Shown piece after piece: positions 30,353-40,252 of a stretch of 64,000 bases of DNA. Numbering within the stretch: position 1 is the first letter of the stretch; each line of letters starts with the position of its first letter. The translations under genes were made by a program, and so were the position numbers. The notes beneath the pieces were generated by a model, which saw only the letters and a program-made list of their open reading frames with translations, was not told the DNA's origin and made no database searches. The stretch covers positions 32,001 to 96,000 of the forward strand of contig CAVTCR010000059.1 in NCBI GenBank assembly GCA_963733195.1. Reading direction: 5' to 3'. Origin of the DNA: an uncultured delta proteobacterium. Lineage in GTDB: Bacteria > Desulfobacterota > Binatia > Bin18.

Positions 30353-33300
30353 TCAGCCCTCTGCAAGTTCCTCTAACAGTGCCTTCGCCTCTTGCAAGTC
30401 TTTCGTATCAAACCCTTCGGTGAACCAGTTGTACACCTCAGACAACAGCTTGTGAGCTTCGGCTTCTTGCCTTGTTGTTGCCACAGCCGAGCCAGACTCG
30501 TCGCGGCGCGGAGTTCCCAGGATTTGGCCTGCTGCTTCCGGGCAATGTCGATGGCTTTCAGAAAACACTCTTCGGCTTCGGCTTTGGGTCGGGAGTCAGG
30601 GTCGGGGTCAGTAACTTGAAACTGCTCTGACCAACTGACGACTAGCTGTGGAGCGTTAGCTCGCCCTTCAGCCGATACAGTTCCGCCTCGTACGAAACGC
30701 TCCCCAGTTTTGTCCACTACGTCAGCGCCTCGGCCAGCACGTTCAGTCCTTCCTCTACCTGCCCCATTTCCTCATACGCCTCGGCCAGAAGGGCAAGAAA
30801 ACATGGCCGATCCAGCTCTGCCCCCATGGCCCGCAAGGCGGCCAGGCCCTGGCTGTATCTGGCAATCCCTTCTTCTCCCTGTCCTTGCTCAGCCAGAGCC
30901 CAGCCCCGCTCGATAGTTCCCTACGCTAACCAATGCGGAATCCATGCTCGGTTGAGAGCGTAATCGTTGCCTCTGCCCGCTCTTGGACGCGCTGCTCCTC
31001 TCGGCGGAAAAGATGGAGAACGGCAGCACAAGCCGAGGGCATTGCCAGCTAAAGGGGTGAGACAGCTCTCGAGCCAAGGTCAGAGCCTCATGGCTTCTCT
31101 TCAGGGCCTGGTCTGGATAGCCAAGAACCACAGAGCCAAGATAAAGGACAGGCAATCTACCCCGGGGTCAGCCCGTAGAGAAAGGCATGAGGCCACGGTG
31201 CTGCTGGGGGTCATAGAGAGCAACGCCTTGCTCAAGGTGCTGGCGAGCCGGGGCAACTCTCCAAGGTAGATCAAGGTGTGCCCCAATGCGTAATGGGCCA
31301 TCGAGAGGAGAGTCGGATCTTGTACATTCTGGGCCAGACTCAGAGCTGCTCCGCCATCTCCCGCGCCGTCTGGTACTCTCCTCGTAGTTAGATAAAATAG
31401 CCACAGTCCCAACAACACCGGGAAGAGCTGAGGGGTCTCGCCCACCTGCTGGCACAGCTCTCGCGCCCGGGCATAGGCCCTTCCCACCTCTGGGGCGGCA
31501 TAGCCCTTGGTGGCCATCAGTGGCACCGCCCAGGGCAAGTTGCAGCGTGAGTTCTTGCTGGGCGCGCTCGGGAGTATCCGGCAGGGTCTTGAGCAGCTCC
31601 AGCCCTTTGGTGAGGTGGCTGATTGCTTCCAGATTGGCCGAGCGCTGGATGGCTCTCTGGCCGGCCTTCTGCCAGTAGGGAATGGCCTGCTCGATGAGAC
31701 CGGCCTCGGTGTAGTGATGGGCCAGCAGTTCAGGTTGGGTCTCTTTGGTCTCGGAAAGCGTTCTCCTCCAATACCTGGGCAATCTGTTGGTGATACTGTT
31801 GCCGGGTGCTTTTGAGCAAGGATTGATAGGCGGTGTCCTGGATCAGTGCATGCTTGAAGAAGTAGCGTGTTTGCTGCACCACGCCCGCGCTGATAGAGAA
31901 TTCGGCTTCCACGAGTTTCGCAAAGCCTGCTGTAAATCGGTTTCGCTGAGTGGCGCCACGGCCTGCAGCAGTTCATAGGAAAACTCTCGTCCCAGCGTCG
32001 CCCCGAGTTGGGCGATCTGTCTGGCGGTGGACAACCGATCAAGCCGCGCCAGTAGTGCTTCTTGCAGGGTCGCGGGAATCGCCAGCGTTGTAGCGGGCCG
32101 TCAGCTCATGTGCCCTGTCGACTCCGTAGCTACTCGACTCCACGACATTTTCGTCAACTCCTCCACAAACAGCGGTACTCCATCCGTCTTGGTACGAATC
32201 TGCTCGATGACCTCAGCCGGAGAGCGCTTTACCTCCCGCTGACTTTCTCAATCATCGCCTCGACCTGCTTCTGCCCCAGCCGATTGAGCACCAGTTGGTG
32301 AGATATGTGAGCGGGTTTCCACGGCGGCGTAAAATTCAGGGCGAAAGGTCAGCACGAGCAGGATTTGGTGGTCGGGAATCTGCTCGATGAGCAGACGTCA
32401 GAAACTCCAACGACGAGGGGTCGGCCCAGTGCAGGTCTTCCCAGGTGCAGACACTGTCGCTTGCCGCTCGGCTTGCGCCATGACAATTGCACCAGGGCTT
32501 GCATGGTCCTCTCTTTCTGCTTCTGCGGTGTGAGGTTAGCGGCGGATAGCCTGCGGGTGTGGCAGCGAGAACAGCGCAGTAAAGAGCGGCACGGTATCTT
32601 GCCTGGTGGAAGCGATAGCTGGCTGAGCCGTGCTGGAGTTTCTCCATCTTTCTTGCGGGGTCTCGACGCGTCAAACCGCAACGTGCGTTGTAAAACTTCG
32701 ATCAGCGGATACAAGGCGCTGTGTTGATGATAGGGTGAGCAGCGGGCTTCAATAGAGTAACGAGCCTTCGCTGGTGACGTGCTCTCGTAGTGTGTTGACC
32801 AAGCGTGATTTGCCAATGCCCGGCTTCACCACTGAGCAAGACGACTTGCCCTCGGCCTTCTTTGGCCTGCTCCCAACGGTCGATCAGTAGCCCGACTTCT
32901 TGTTCGCGCCCGACCAATGGCGTCAGTGTCGTTTTGACCGCCACTGCCAATGGCTGACGGCGCTCGTGCCGTTCACTCTGCACGTGATAGACCGCAAGCG
33001 GTGTATCAATGCCTTTGAGCAAATGCGAGCCAAACGGCTGACACTCAAACATGCCCGTCGATCAAGCGTTGGGTGGCGGCACTGATGATCACCGTGTTGG
33101 GTTCGGCTAAGCCTTGTATCCGTGCGGCGATATTCGGCGTCTCGCCCAAGGCCGAGTGCTCTGGTTGGTCGCTGCTTGCCGATTTCGCCCACCACCACTA
33201 AACCGGTGTGAATACCAATGCGGACTTGGAGAGGCGTCGCATGGAGTCGTCGCCTTCGGCCCCTAGTCGTCTGTCCCTGAATTGCCGCGATGATTTCCAA

Positions 33301-33791
33301 TCCTGTCCGCACTGCCCTTCGGGCGTCATCTTCATGTGCGACGGGATAGCCGAAGTACACCAACAGCCCATCGCCCAGATACTGCGCCAGGTACCCTCAT
33401 GCTGCTGAATGACTGCGGCGCAGAGTCTGTTGATACTGTTGCACCACGGTCCGGTAGTCTTCGGGATCAAGTTGACGACAAGGCGGTCGAACCCACCAGA
33501 TCACAGAACAGCACCGTCAATTGGCGCCGCTCCGCGGCGGCGTCTAGGTCTGGGGTCTAGCGTCTGTCGTTCGTGACTTTGGACCTTGGACTTTGACCTT
33601 GGACTTGTTTTGACTCTAGACTCTGGACTCCAGACTGCCGCGTGAAGCGGCGTGCCACATTTCCCACAAAACTTGGCAGTTGGTTTTACTTCCTGCCCGC
33701 AACTTGGACAACTGCGCACGAGCTGGGCTCCGCATTCTTCGCAGAAATTCATCCCTTCTGGATTCTGAGCCCCACAGCGTGTGCACTGCAT
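30353..33791 (-). CDS. Double zinc ribbon - class III cyclase - STAND ATPase - TPR protein, copy 1 (many indels)
   Basis: CTRC..FCEECG..CPSC..FCGKCG; [15 protein letters not shown]; VRIGIHTG; LVGREQE; WEDLHWAD; [11 protein letters not shown]; [18 protein letters not shown]. Confidence 0.88.
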
Positions 33792-33866
33792 AGAGATTCT
33801 TTACCGTCTTGCTCTCCCCTTTAGCAAGGGGAAAGCGTTGAGAAGAATCATTCCCCATCACTTCCC

Positions 33867-33983
33867 TGCAACATTTCCCTTGCAGCACCGCAAGTCTTTT
33901 CTTTCGTGCGTCTCCCTCTTTCCTGGCTAACCCCTTGATAAAACGCCACTCCACATTTTTTCCTCGCTGGCATCGGCCTTGCT
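33867..33983 (+). promoter_or_regulatory. Sigma54 promoter with IHF site and upstream activator sequence
   Basis: TGGCATCGGCCTTGCT (33968-33983, GG-N10-GC); TATCAAGGGGTTA on the minus strand at 33928-33940 (IHF consensus); palindrome TGCAA-N8-TTGCA at 33867-33884. Confidence 0.78.
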
Positions 33984-34031
33984 CTTTCTTATTCGCAGGA
34001 ACTCACAATAAAACGAAGGAGGTACAAAACA

Positions 34032-34271
34032 ATGCAACACGTACAACAGATCGAAACACTGACTGGGCAACGCTCTCCTGTAGCTCCGCTACGAGTCACT
34101 ACGGTTCAGCCGTCCTTATGGCAGCGAATTCAAACACAGATGAAGGAAACGGGCATGGCTGAGACCTTAGCCGAGGTTATTCTTGCCACTGCAACGTTTT
34201 CTCTTGTTGGCGGACTGCTCTTCGGTCTCTACCGTGCACTTGAGTCCTACACCATTATCCCTTTGCCGTAA
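34032..34271 (+). CDS. Small hypothetical membrane protein
   Basis: AAGGAGG RBS; C-terminal hydrophobic helix VILATATFSLVGGLLFGLY. Confidence 0.72.
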   Translation: MQHVQQIETLTGQRSPVAPLRVTTVQPSLWQRIQTQMKETGMAETLAEVILATATFSLVGGLLFGLYRALESYTIIPLP

Positions 34272-34304
34272 CTGCCCGAGAGATTCATCACAAAAGATGA
34301 AATT

Positions 34305-34933
34305 ATGATATCTTGGGTACTTCTACTTGGCGTTCCTCTCCTGGTCTGGGCCGGATGCGGGAGCATTTCTCGCACCTTTATGAACGCGAGTTGGCGTGAC
34401 CGATGGCAGCAGCCAGAGGCTGTCATTCACTCACTTTCCCTCCAACCTGGTAACCAGGTTGCAGATCTCGGTGCTGGTGGTGGGTACTTCACGTTTCGTT
34501 TAGCTGACGCTGTTGGTCCGACAGGAAAAGTGTATGCTGTCGATATCGACAAGGGAAACCTTGAATACATCGCCAACCAAGCAGCGAAGAGAGGCTATCG
34601 TAACGTCGAAACGGTCTTGGCGAAACCGGATGATCCGCTCTTGCCCGAGGGGACAGTCGATCTGATCTTTACCTGTAACACATACCACCATCTGACAAAC
34701 CGAACTGACTATTTTCAATTCGCCGCGCGCTACCTACGGCCAGAGGGCCGTATCGCGGTTATCGACTTGGCGGGAAAAAGCTGGATCTTCCGTATCCTTG
34801 GCCATTGGACACCGAAGGAAACTAGTCGTCGCGAGATGGAAGCGGCAGGATATTTACTGACGAAGGATTTTGACTTTCTCACGCGGCAAACGTTCAGGTA
34901 TTTCAGAAAAATCTTGAACCCCACACATCTTGA
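34305..34933 (+). CDS. Class I SAM-dependent methyltransferase, possible lipoprotein signal
   Basis: VWAGC lipobox-like; VADLGAGGGY, VYAVDI, NTYHH. True end probably about 34933 (indel near 34892); the ORF track runs to 35072. Confidence 0.82.
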
Positions 34934-34971
34934 TCGCAACAGCGAACACGCGCATAGAATAGCAAAGGATC

Positions 34972-37032
34972 ATGGAAGCCATTTACCTCATTGCCACCTT
35001 TGCCTTTTTTGTCACTGCCGGTATCTATGGACTACTTACCCATCTCGTCTGGCACAAGCGCGTCAAAAGTGAACAAGACTGGGTCTTTCTGGTGACCATG
35101 ATCGCCTGCGGGTACTGGTGTCTCAGCAACGCGATAGTTTCCTCTTTTGGCACCGTTCTCGAAAAACCCTCGAACACCCTGAGCACGTTCCTCTTTCAAA
35201 CCAGTTATCCGGTTCTGTATCTGGTCCCTTCTTTGATCCGACATTGTCTGGTGCTGAGCCGACTTTCGTTCAGTGGATGGCAACGTCGGCTCTCCCTGGC
35301 TCTGAACTATCTTGGTATTCTGCCAGTCCTCTATCATCTCTATGCTTCTCCTAGACCCCTACCAGAACACTACGGTCCCGCTTTTTCTATTCTGCTGTTT
35401 GTCTATCTCCCACTCACCATCATCGAAATCAAAAAGAGAAAAGAGCTGCGTACCCGCTATATTCATAAACCAGGAGCGCGATTGATTGTGTATCTTGGTC
35501 TCGGTGGTGTCCTCGTGATGTGTGGGCTCTCTTCTTTTTTCTGCTACCTCTACCCAGATAAAGCTCCATTCATTTCTCTGCTTCCTAAACTATCTCCGCT
35601 CCCCCCAGCCCTTGCCATCGCGTACAGCGTACTTCGCTATCGCTTCATGGACATGGTGCTAACCCGCAGCCTGCTCTACTCTACCTTGGGTGGGCTGTTC
35701 CTTGGCTTCTCCCTACTGATCGCCTACTACGGAGGAGCCTGGCTTTTCCCAGATCACCGTTTTCGTCCTATCGCCTTTGCGATCCGCTTTGTCCTCATTC
35801 TCTTCGCTTTTCACCTCCTGCTCCATGTCTTGCGCGATGGGTTACAAAAAGGTATCGAGCACTCGTTCTTCCGCCGCCGTTTGCGCAGTGCGGAAGTGTT
35901 GAAACATTTTAGTCAAAGACTTTCTTCCTGGTCAGATTTGGACGGTTTGTGTCGGGATGTAGTCGAGAAGATCACCAATAGTTTAAGTCTCACCTCAGCG
36001 ACGATCGTGTTCGCGGACGGGATACAATACGCTAGCGATGGAACAACAGGAATGCAACCTGTGATCCCCATACAAGCACTGATCCAAACGAACGACTCCC
36101 TGGTAGTCATTGAAGAAGCGCCCGAAGGGCCACTCAAGACTGCATGCACTGAAGCGCAGATCGGAGTCGTGGTTACGCTCCCATGTCGAGAGCAACGTGG
36201 GTGGCTGCTGTTGGGAGAGAAATACTCTGGCAGACCATTTTTTAGCCAAGAGCTGGTACTCATCGAGGCAGCGTGTGGACAACTAGCGATGGCAATCGAC
36301 AATCTCTTGCTCGTACAGTCTAAACTCGCGCTTGAACGAGAGATGCAGCATCGCGAGAAACTTGCTGCAATCGGTCAACTCGCGGCGACGGTCGCCCATG
36401 AGATTCGCAATCCGATCACCGGCGCGAAATGCCTGCTCCAACAAGTAGGCGATGAATTGAACGGCAACGCACAGGGGAAAGAGTATGTACAACTCGCACT
36501 CGAAGATCTCGACCGAGTCGAGCAGAGCGTCAGTCAGCTTCTTACCTTTGCCCGTAAAGAAGATTTTCAGTTTACCGAACAAGATGTGACTGACTTAGTG
36601 CGCTCGACAGTCCAGCGGTTTGTTGCCCAAACGTCTGAAAAGGCAGTGGCTGTCCAGATTCAGGACTCTGCACCGATGTGGGCGACAATTGATGAAGAGA
36701 AAATGCGGCGGACGTTGCTCAATTTATTGGCCAATGCGCGTGATGCAGTGAATGGCAACGGGACCATCACAGTTAGCCTTGCAGCAGCCGGACCAGACGT
36801 GGAGATTCAAGTGAGTGATAACGGTCAGGGGCTATCGCAGGAAGACCAGAAGCGAATTTTTGAACCATTTTTCACTACCAAAGAAAAAGGCACGGGACTC
36901 GGATTAGCAATCGCAAAAAAAATCATCGAAGGACATGGTGGACAGATTTCAGTCACTAGCACATTAGGGAAAGGAACGACGTTCACCCTGACAATTCCAC
37001 GCCAACGACCAGAAACGAGATCAGCCGCATGA
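34972..37032 (+). CDS. Multi-TM GAF-like sensor histidine kinase (NtrB type)
   Basis: About 8 TM helices; EKLAAIGQLAATVAHEIRNP, NLLANA, FFTTKEKGTGLGL. Confidence 0.92.
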   Translation: MEAIYLIATFAFFVTAGIYGLLTHLVWHKRVKSEQDWVFLVTMIACGYWCLSNAIVSSFGTVLEKPSNTLSTFLFQTSYPVLYLVPSLIRHCLVLSRLSFSGWQRRLSLALNYLGILPVLYHLYASPRPLPEHYGPAFSILLFVYLPLTIIEIKKRKELRTRYIHKPGARLIVYLGLGGVLVMCGLSSFFCYLYPDKAPFISLLPKLSPLPPALAIAYSVLRYRFMDMVLTRSLLYSTLGGLFLGFSLLIAYYGGAWLFPDHRFRPIAFAIRFVLILFAFHLLLHVLRDGLQKGIEHSFFRRRLRSAEVLKHFSQRLSSWSDLDGLCRDVVEKITNSLSLTSATIVFADGIQYASDGTTGMQPVIPIQALIQTNDSLVVIEEAPEGPLKTACTEAQIGVVVTLPCREQRGWLLLGEKYSGRPFFSQELVLIEAACGQLAMAIDNLLLVQSKLALEREMQHREKLAAIGQLAATVAHEIRNPITGAKCLLQQVGDELNGNAQGKEYVQLALEDLDRVEQSVSQLLTFARKEDFQFTEQDVTDLVRSTVQRFVAQTSEKAVAVQIQDSAPMWATIDEEKMRRTLLNLLANARDAVNGNGTITVSLAAAGPDVEIQVSDNGQGLSQEDQKRIFEPFFTTKEKGTGLGLAIAKKIIEGHGGQISVTSTLGKGTTFTLTIPRQRPETRSAA

Positions 37033-38405
37033 AGGGCACGATCTTAGTTGTTGATGACGAGCGCTCCATTCGTATCGGCCTCAAAGGACTGCTGAGTAAA
37101 GAAGGCTATGAGGTGACTATTGCAGAGAGTGGAAACGAGGCGCTGCGGTTTCTTGAGAGTCAGGAATATGACCTCGTACTTACTGATTTGCGCATGGCAG
37201 GCCTTGATGGTCTGAGTTTGCTGAAGAAGATCAAGGAGCAGTATCCTGAAACCTTCGTTATGCTGATGACGGCCTACGGCTCGGAGAAGATCGCGGTCGA
37301 AGCAATGAAGGCTGGAGCACGGGATTACCTGATCAAGCCGTTTGATAACGACGAGGTAAAAATCCTCGTTCGCCAAGCACTCGAACAACGCGGATTACAA
37401 CGTCAAGTGCAGCACTTGCATGAGCGACTCGATGCGACGTTCCGCTTTGAAAATATTCTTGGCACCAGCCCAGCCATGCAACGTGTGTTTGATGTGGTGA
37501 AGAAAGTCGCGCCAACTGATCTGACCGTACTGATTACTGGTGAAAGTGGAACCGGGAAAGAGTTGATCGCCAACGCTCTCCACCAAAACAGTCCGCGCAA
37601 GAGTGGACCGTTCATCAAAGTCAACTGTGCAGCTATGGCTCGGGAGTTAGTCGAGTCTGAACTTTTTGGTCATGAGAAAGGCGCGTTTACTGGAGCGACT
37701 GCCTCACGCGAGGGAAAGTTTGAAGCAGCGGACGGTGGAACGCTTTTTCTTGATGAGATTGGAGATATGCCAATCGAAACCCAAGCCAAGGTTCTCCGTG
37801 TATTGCAAGAACGGGAGTTTGAACGCGTCGGTGGTAATCGGACGATCAAAGTTGACGTGCGGGTGATTGCCGCAACCAATAGAAGTTTGCAACAGATGGT
37901 AACAGAGGGGAAGTTTCGTGAAGATCTATTCTTTCGCTTGAACGTCGTTCCTCTCATGTTACCAGCATTGCGTGAGCGGCGTGAGGATATTCCCCTCCTT
38001 GCGACGCATTTCCTCAAAGAAGTCATCGCTCGTTATGGACGTGGACCAGCGACATTCTCTGCTGACGCGTACAGTTTGCTGCTGAGCGCATCCTGGCCAG
38101 GCAACGTGCGCGAACTGAAAAACGTGATCGAAGCATCAGCCGTTCTTGCTTCAGAAGCAGAAATCCAGGTGACCGATTTACGGTTGAATCAGCAGGTCTT
38201 ACCAACAGAGGTTCCTGGTGTAACAACCTTCAAAGAAGCCAAACAGCACGTCGTCGATTCCTTTGAGCGTGATTTCATCACTCGTGCCCTCCACCGCCAT
38301 CAAGGAAACGTGACCAAAGCCGCAGCAGAAATGGGCATGCTCCGGCAGCAGTTACAACAGAAAATTCGTGAGCTAGGACTCAAAGACGGGCAAGAGAGTG
38401 AGTAA
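37029..38405 (+). CDS. Sigma54-dependent response regulator (NtrC/AtoC family)
   Basis: Receiver domain VVDD..TDLRM; GESGTGKE, GAFTGA, FLDEIG, WPGNVREL, Fis-type HTH. Confidence 0.95.
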   Translation: MKGTILVVDDERSIRIGLKGLLSKEGYEVTIAESGNEALRFLESQEYDLVLTDLRMAGLDGLSLLKKIKEQYPETFVMLMTAYGSEKIAVEAMKAGARDYLIKPFDNDEVKILVRQALEQRGLQRQVQHLHERLDATFRFENILGTSPAMQRVFDVVKKVAPTDLTVLITGESGTGKELIANALHQNSPRKSGPFIKVNCAAMARELVESELFGHEKGAFTGATASREGKFEAADGGTLFLDEIGDMPIETQAKVLRVLQEREFERVGGNRTIKVDVRVIAATNRSLQQMVTEGKFREDLFFRLNVVPLMLPALRERREDIPLLATHFLKEVIARYGRGPATFSADAYSLLLSASWPGNVRELKNVIEASAVLASEAEIQVTDLRLNQQVLPTEVPGVTTFKEAKQHVVDSFERDFITRALHRHQGNVTKAAAEMGMLRQQLQQKIRELGLKDGQESE

Positions 38406-38464
38406 CGAGAAAAGCGACCTATATGTAAAGCACACCAAGAGATGAATTTTTGCTTGCAGGCACC

Positions 38465-38529
38465 GTGGCGGGCGCAGCCCGCCCTACGTGTTTTCGTGGA
38501 TTTAGGGTAGGGCAGGCTGTGCCTGCCAT
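38465..38529. repeat. Inverted pair of GTAG-type REP elements (BIME-like)
   Basis: GTGGCGGGCGCAGCCCGCCCTAC ... GTAGGGCAGGCTGTGCCTGCCAT between convergent genes. Confidence 0.7.
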
Positions 38530-38554
38530 CGTCGGACGATAGGAAGAAAAGGAA

Positions 38555-38905
38555 TTATGCAGCTTCGCGAAGGGAAGAGGGCGCATTGGCGGCACGCCAG
38601 CGGCGTAAGCCCATGCGTAAATATTCAGGATCAAGACCTAACACGTGGCAGATGTTCATGAAGCTGCACAGCCAGGTTGCATCATCCTCCATAACCCATG
38701 TTTCTGCCTCATGAAACAGACGTTTACCACGTCGGTTGGTCGCAGCCGCATAGCGCATATACGTCCCCAGACCGTTCTCCAAGACTGCCCACAAGAGGGC
38801 ACACTCTGGCTGCTTGCTGATACGCTCAGCAACTGCTGGAGGAGGCTCAGCAAAGGGGGCAAACATTGGCAATTCGTCCTTAATCATAGACTCTGTCCTG
38901 TCCAT
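38555..38905 (-). CDS. Conserved hypothetical protein
   Basis: PECALLWAVLENG...LFHEAETWV...SFMNICHVLGLDPEYLRMGLRRW. Confidence 0.7.
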   Translation of the reverse strand: MDRTESMIKDELPMFAPFAEPPPAVAERISKQPECALLWAVLENGLGTYMRYAAATNRRGKRLFHEAETWVMEDDATWLCSFMNICHVLGLDPEYLRMGLRRWRAANAPSSLREAA

Positions 38906-39041
38906 CCCCACCACAAAATCGGGAGGACCTGAGGAAAGGGAACGGCATAAGGGACAAAAGGTTAGACGTGTGACTACACGAAAGAATTCACACGTCGGGA
39001 GACAAAGAAAGAATAAGACAAGCTGACTATTACCGTCGCTG

Positions 39042-40046
39042 CTAATTCTCGCCACGTAAGCGTCGTTCGATTTCCCTTAATTGCGGAGCTTCAGCCAGGG
39101 CAATGACACTGTCACCGGCTTCAAGTTTCTCTTCTGCGTTCGGATTAAACAGCATCCTTCCAGAGGCTTGTTTGATTGCAACAACGATAATCCCTGGTTG
39201 CTCGCACAGTCCTGAAGCACGAAGCGTGACTCCTCTACACGGCGAGGAGGAAGCGACACTCACCTCCTCCATTTGCACTTCCAGGCTTTGGTGATGCGTT
39301 GCCAGGTCAATAATATCGACGACTGCCGGGCGGAGCGCAGCTTGCGCCATGCGATGACCGCCCATTGCATAGGGAGAGATGACCTTATCCGCACCGGCGC
39401 GCAACAGTGTCCGTTCACTGCGATCGCTCTCAGCTCGCGCGACAATGAATAGAGTTGAATTTACCCCTTTTGCTGTCAAGGTCACGAAGACATTGTCGGC
39501 ATCCGTTGCCAGTGCCGCAAAGAGCCCCTTGGCACGCTGCGCACCAGCACTCATCAGAATCTGTTCATCGGTTGCATCACCCGTAAGAACGAGATGCTCA
39601 GCAGCTTCAGCAGCACGGACGCGCTCTCCCTCTTTCTCAATAATCACAAACGGCACCGGTTTTGAGGCTAACTCACGGCAGAGAATCTCACCGATACGAC
39701 CAAACCCACAGACGATATAGTGATCAGTCAGCGCTTCAATTTGTTTCTGCATTCGTCGTCTCCCGAAGAATTGTTGAAATTCACCCTCGACAACCTTCTC
39801 CATTACTGCGGTCACCGTGTACAGCACCACCCCTAAACCACCGGCAATAAGAAGCATAGTGAAAATCTGACCGGTCGGACTCAGGGGTCGCACCTCGCGA
39901 AAGCCTACCGTCGAGAGCGTGGTCACAGTCATGTAGAATGCGTCGAGCCAGGAGTACTGTTCCAACAGTCGGTAGCCAAGAACTCCTATAGCAATGACAC
40001 CAATGAGGAGGAACATCGCGCCTCGAAGGCCGGAGAGTAGTGCCAC
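39042..40046 (-). CDS. Potassium channel with RCK (TrkA-N/C) domains
   Basis: Filter region TTLSTVGF, CGFGRIG, GDAT, C-terminal TrkA-C domain. Confidence 0.92.
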   Translation of the reverse strand: MALLSGLRGAMFLLIGVIAIGVLGYRLLEQYSWLDAFYMTVTTLSTVGFREVRPLSPTGQIFTMLLIAGGLGVVLYTVTAVMEKVVEGEFQQFFGRRRMQKQIEALTDHYIVCGFGRIGEILCRELASKPVPFVIIEKEGERVRAAEAAEHLVLTGDATDEQILMSAGAQRAKGLFAALATDADNVFVTLTAKGVNSTLFIVARAESDRSERTLLRAGADKVISPYAMGGHRMAQAALRPAVVDIIDLATHHQSLEVQMEEVSVASSSPCRGVTLRASGLCEQPGIIVVAIKQASGRMLFNPNAEEKLEAGDSVIALAEAPQLREIERRLRGEN

Positions 40047-40252
40047 AACCGCCCTTTCGTCTCGTGTCTTAGATCAGAGAAATCAACTCTTACCGAAGCC
40101 GTCGTCGCATCGCGGCATCAAGCTTAAAGTCACTGGCAGGATTTGTATACACGGAGTAATCCTACTGCACAACAAAACAGCGAAAGATACGCATCCGATT
40201 GACGGCCAGTGACTGTTTCCATAGTACATACCTGCACCCCAGACTGTGATCT

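Noticed and set aside
29684-30433. Integron cassette
   Set aside because: No attC-like structure or integrase is visible; the repeat is coding sequence of the neighbouring gene.
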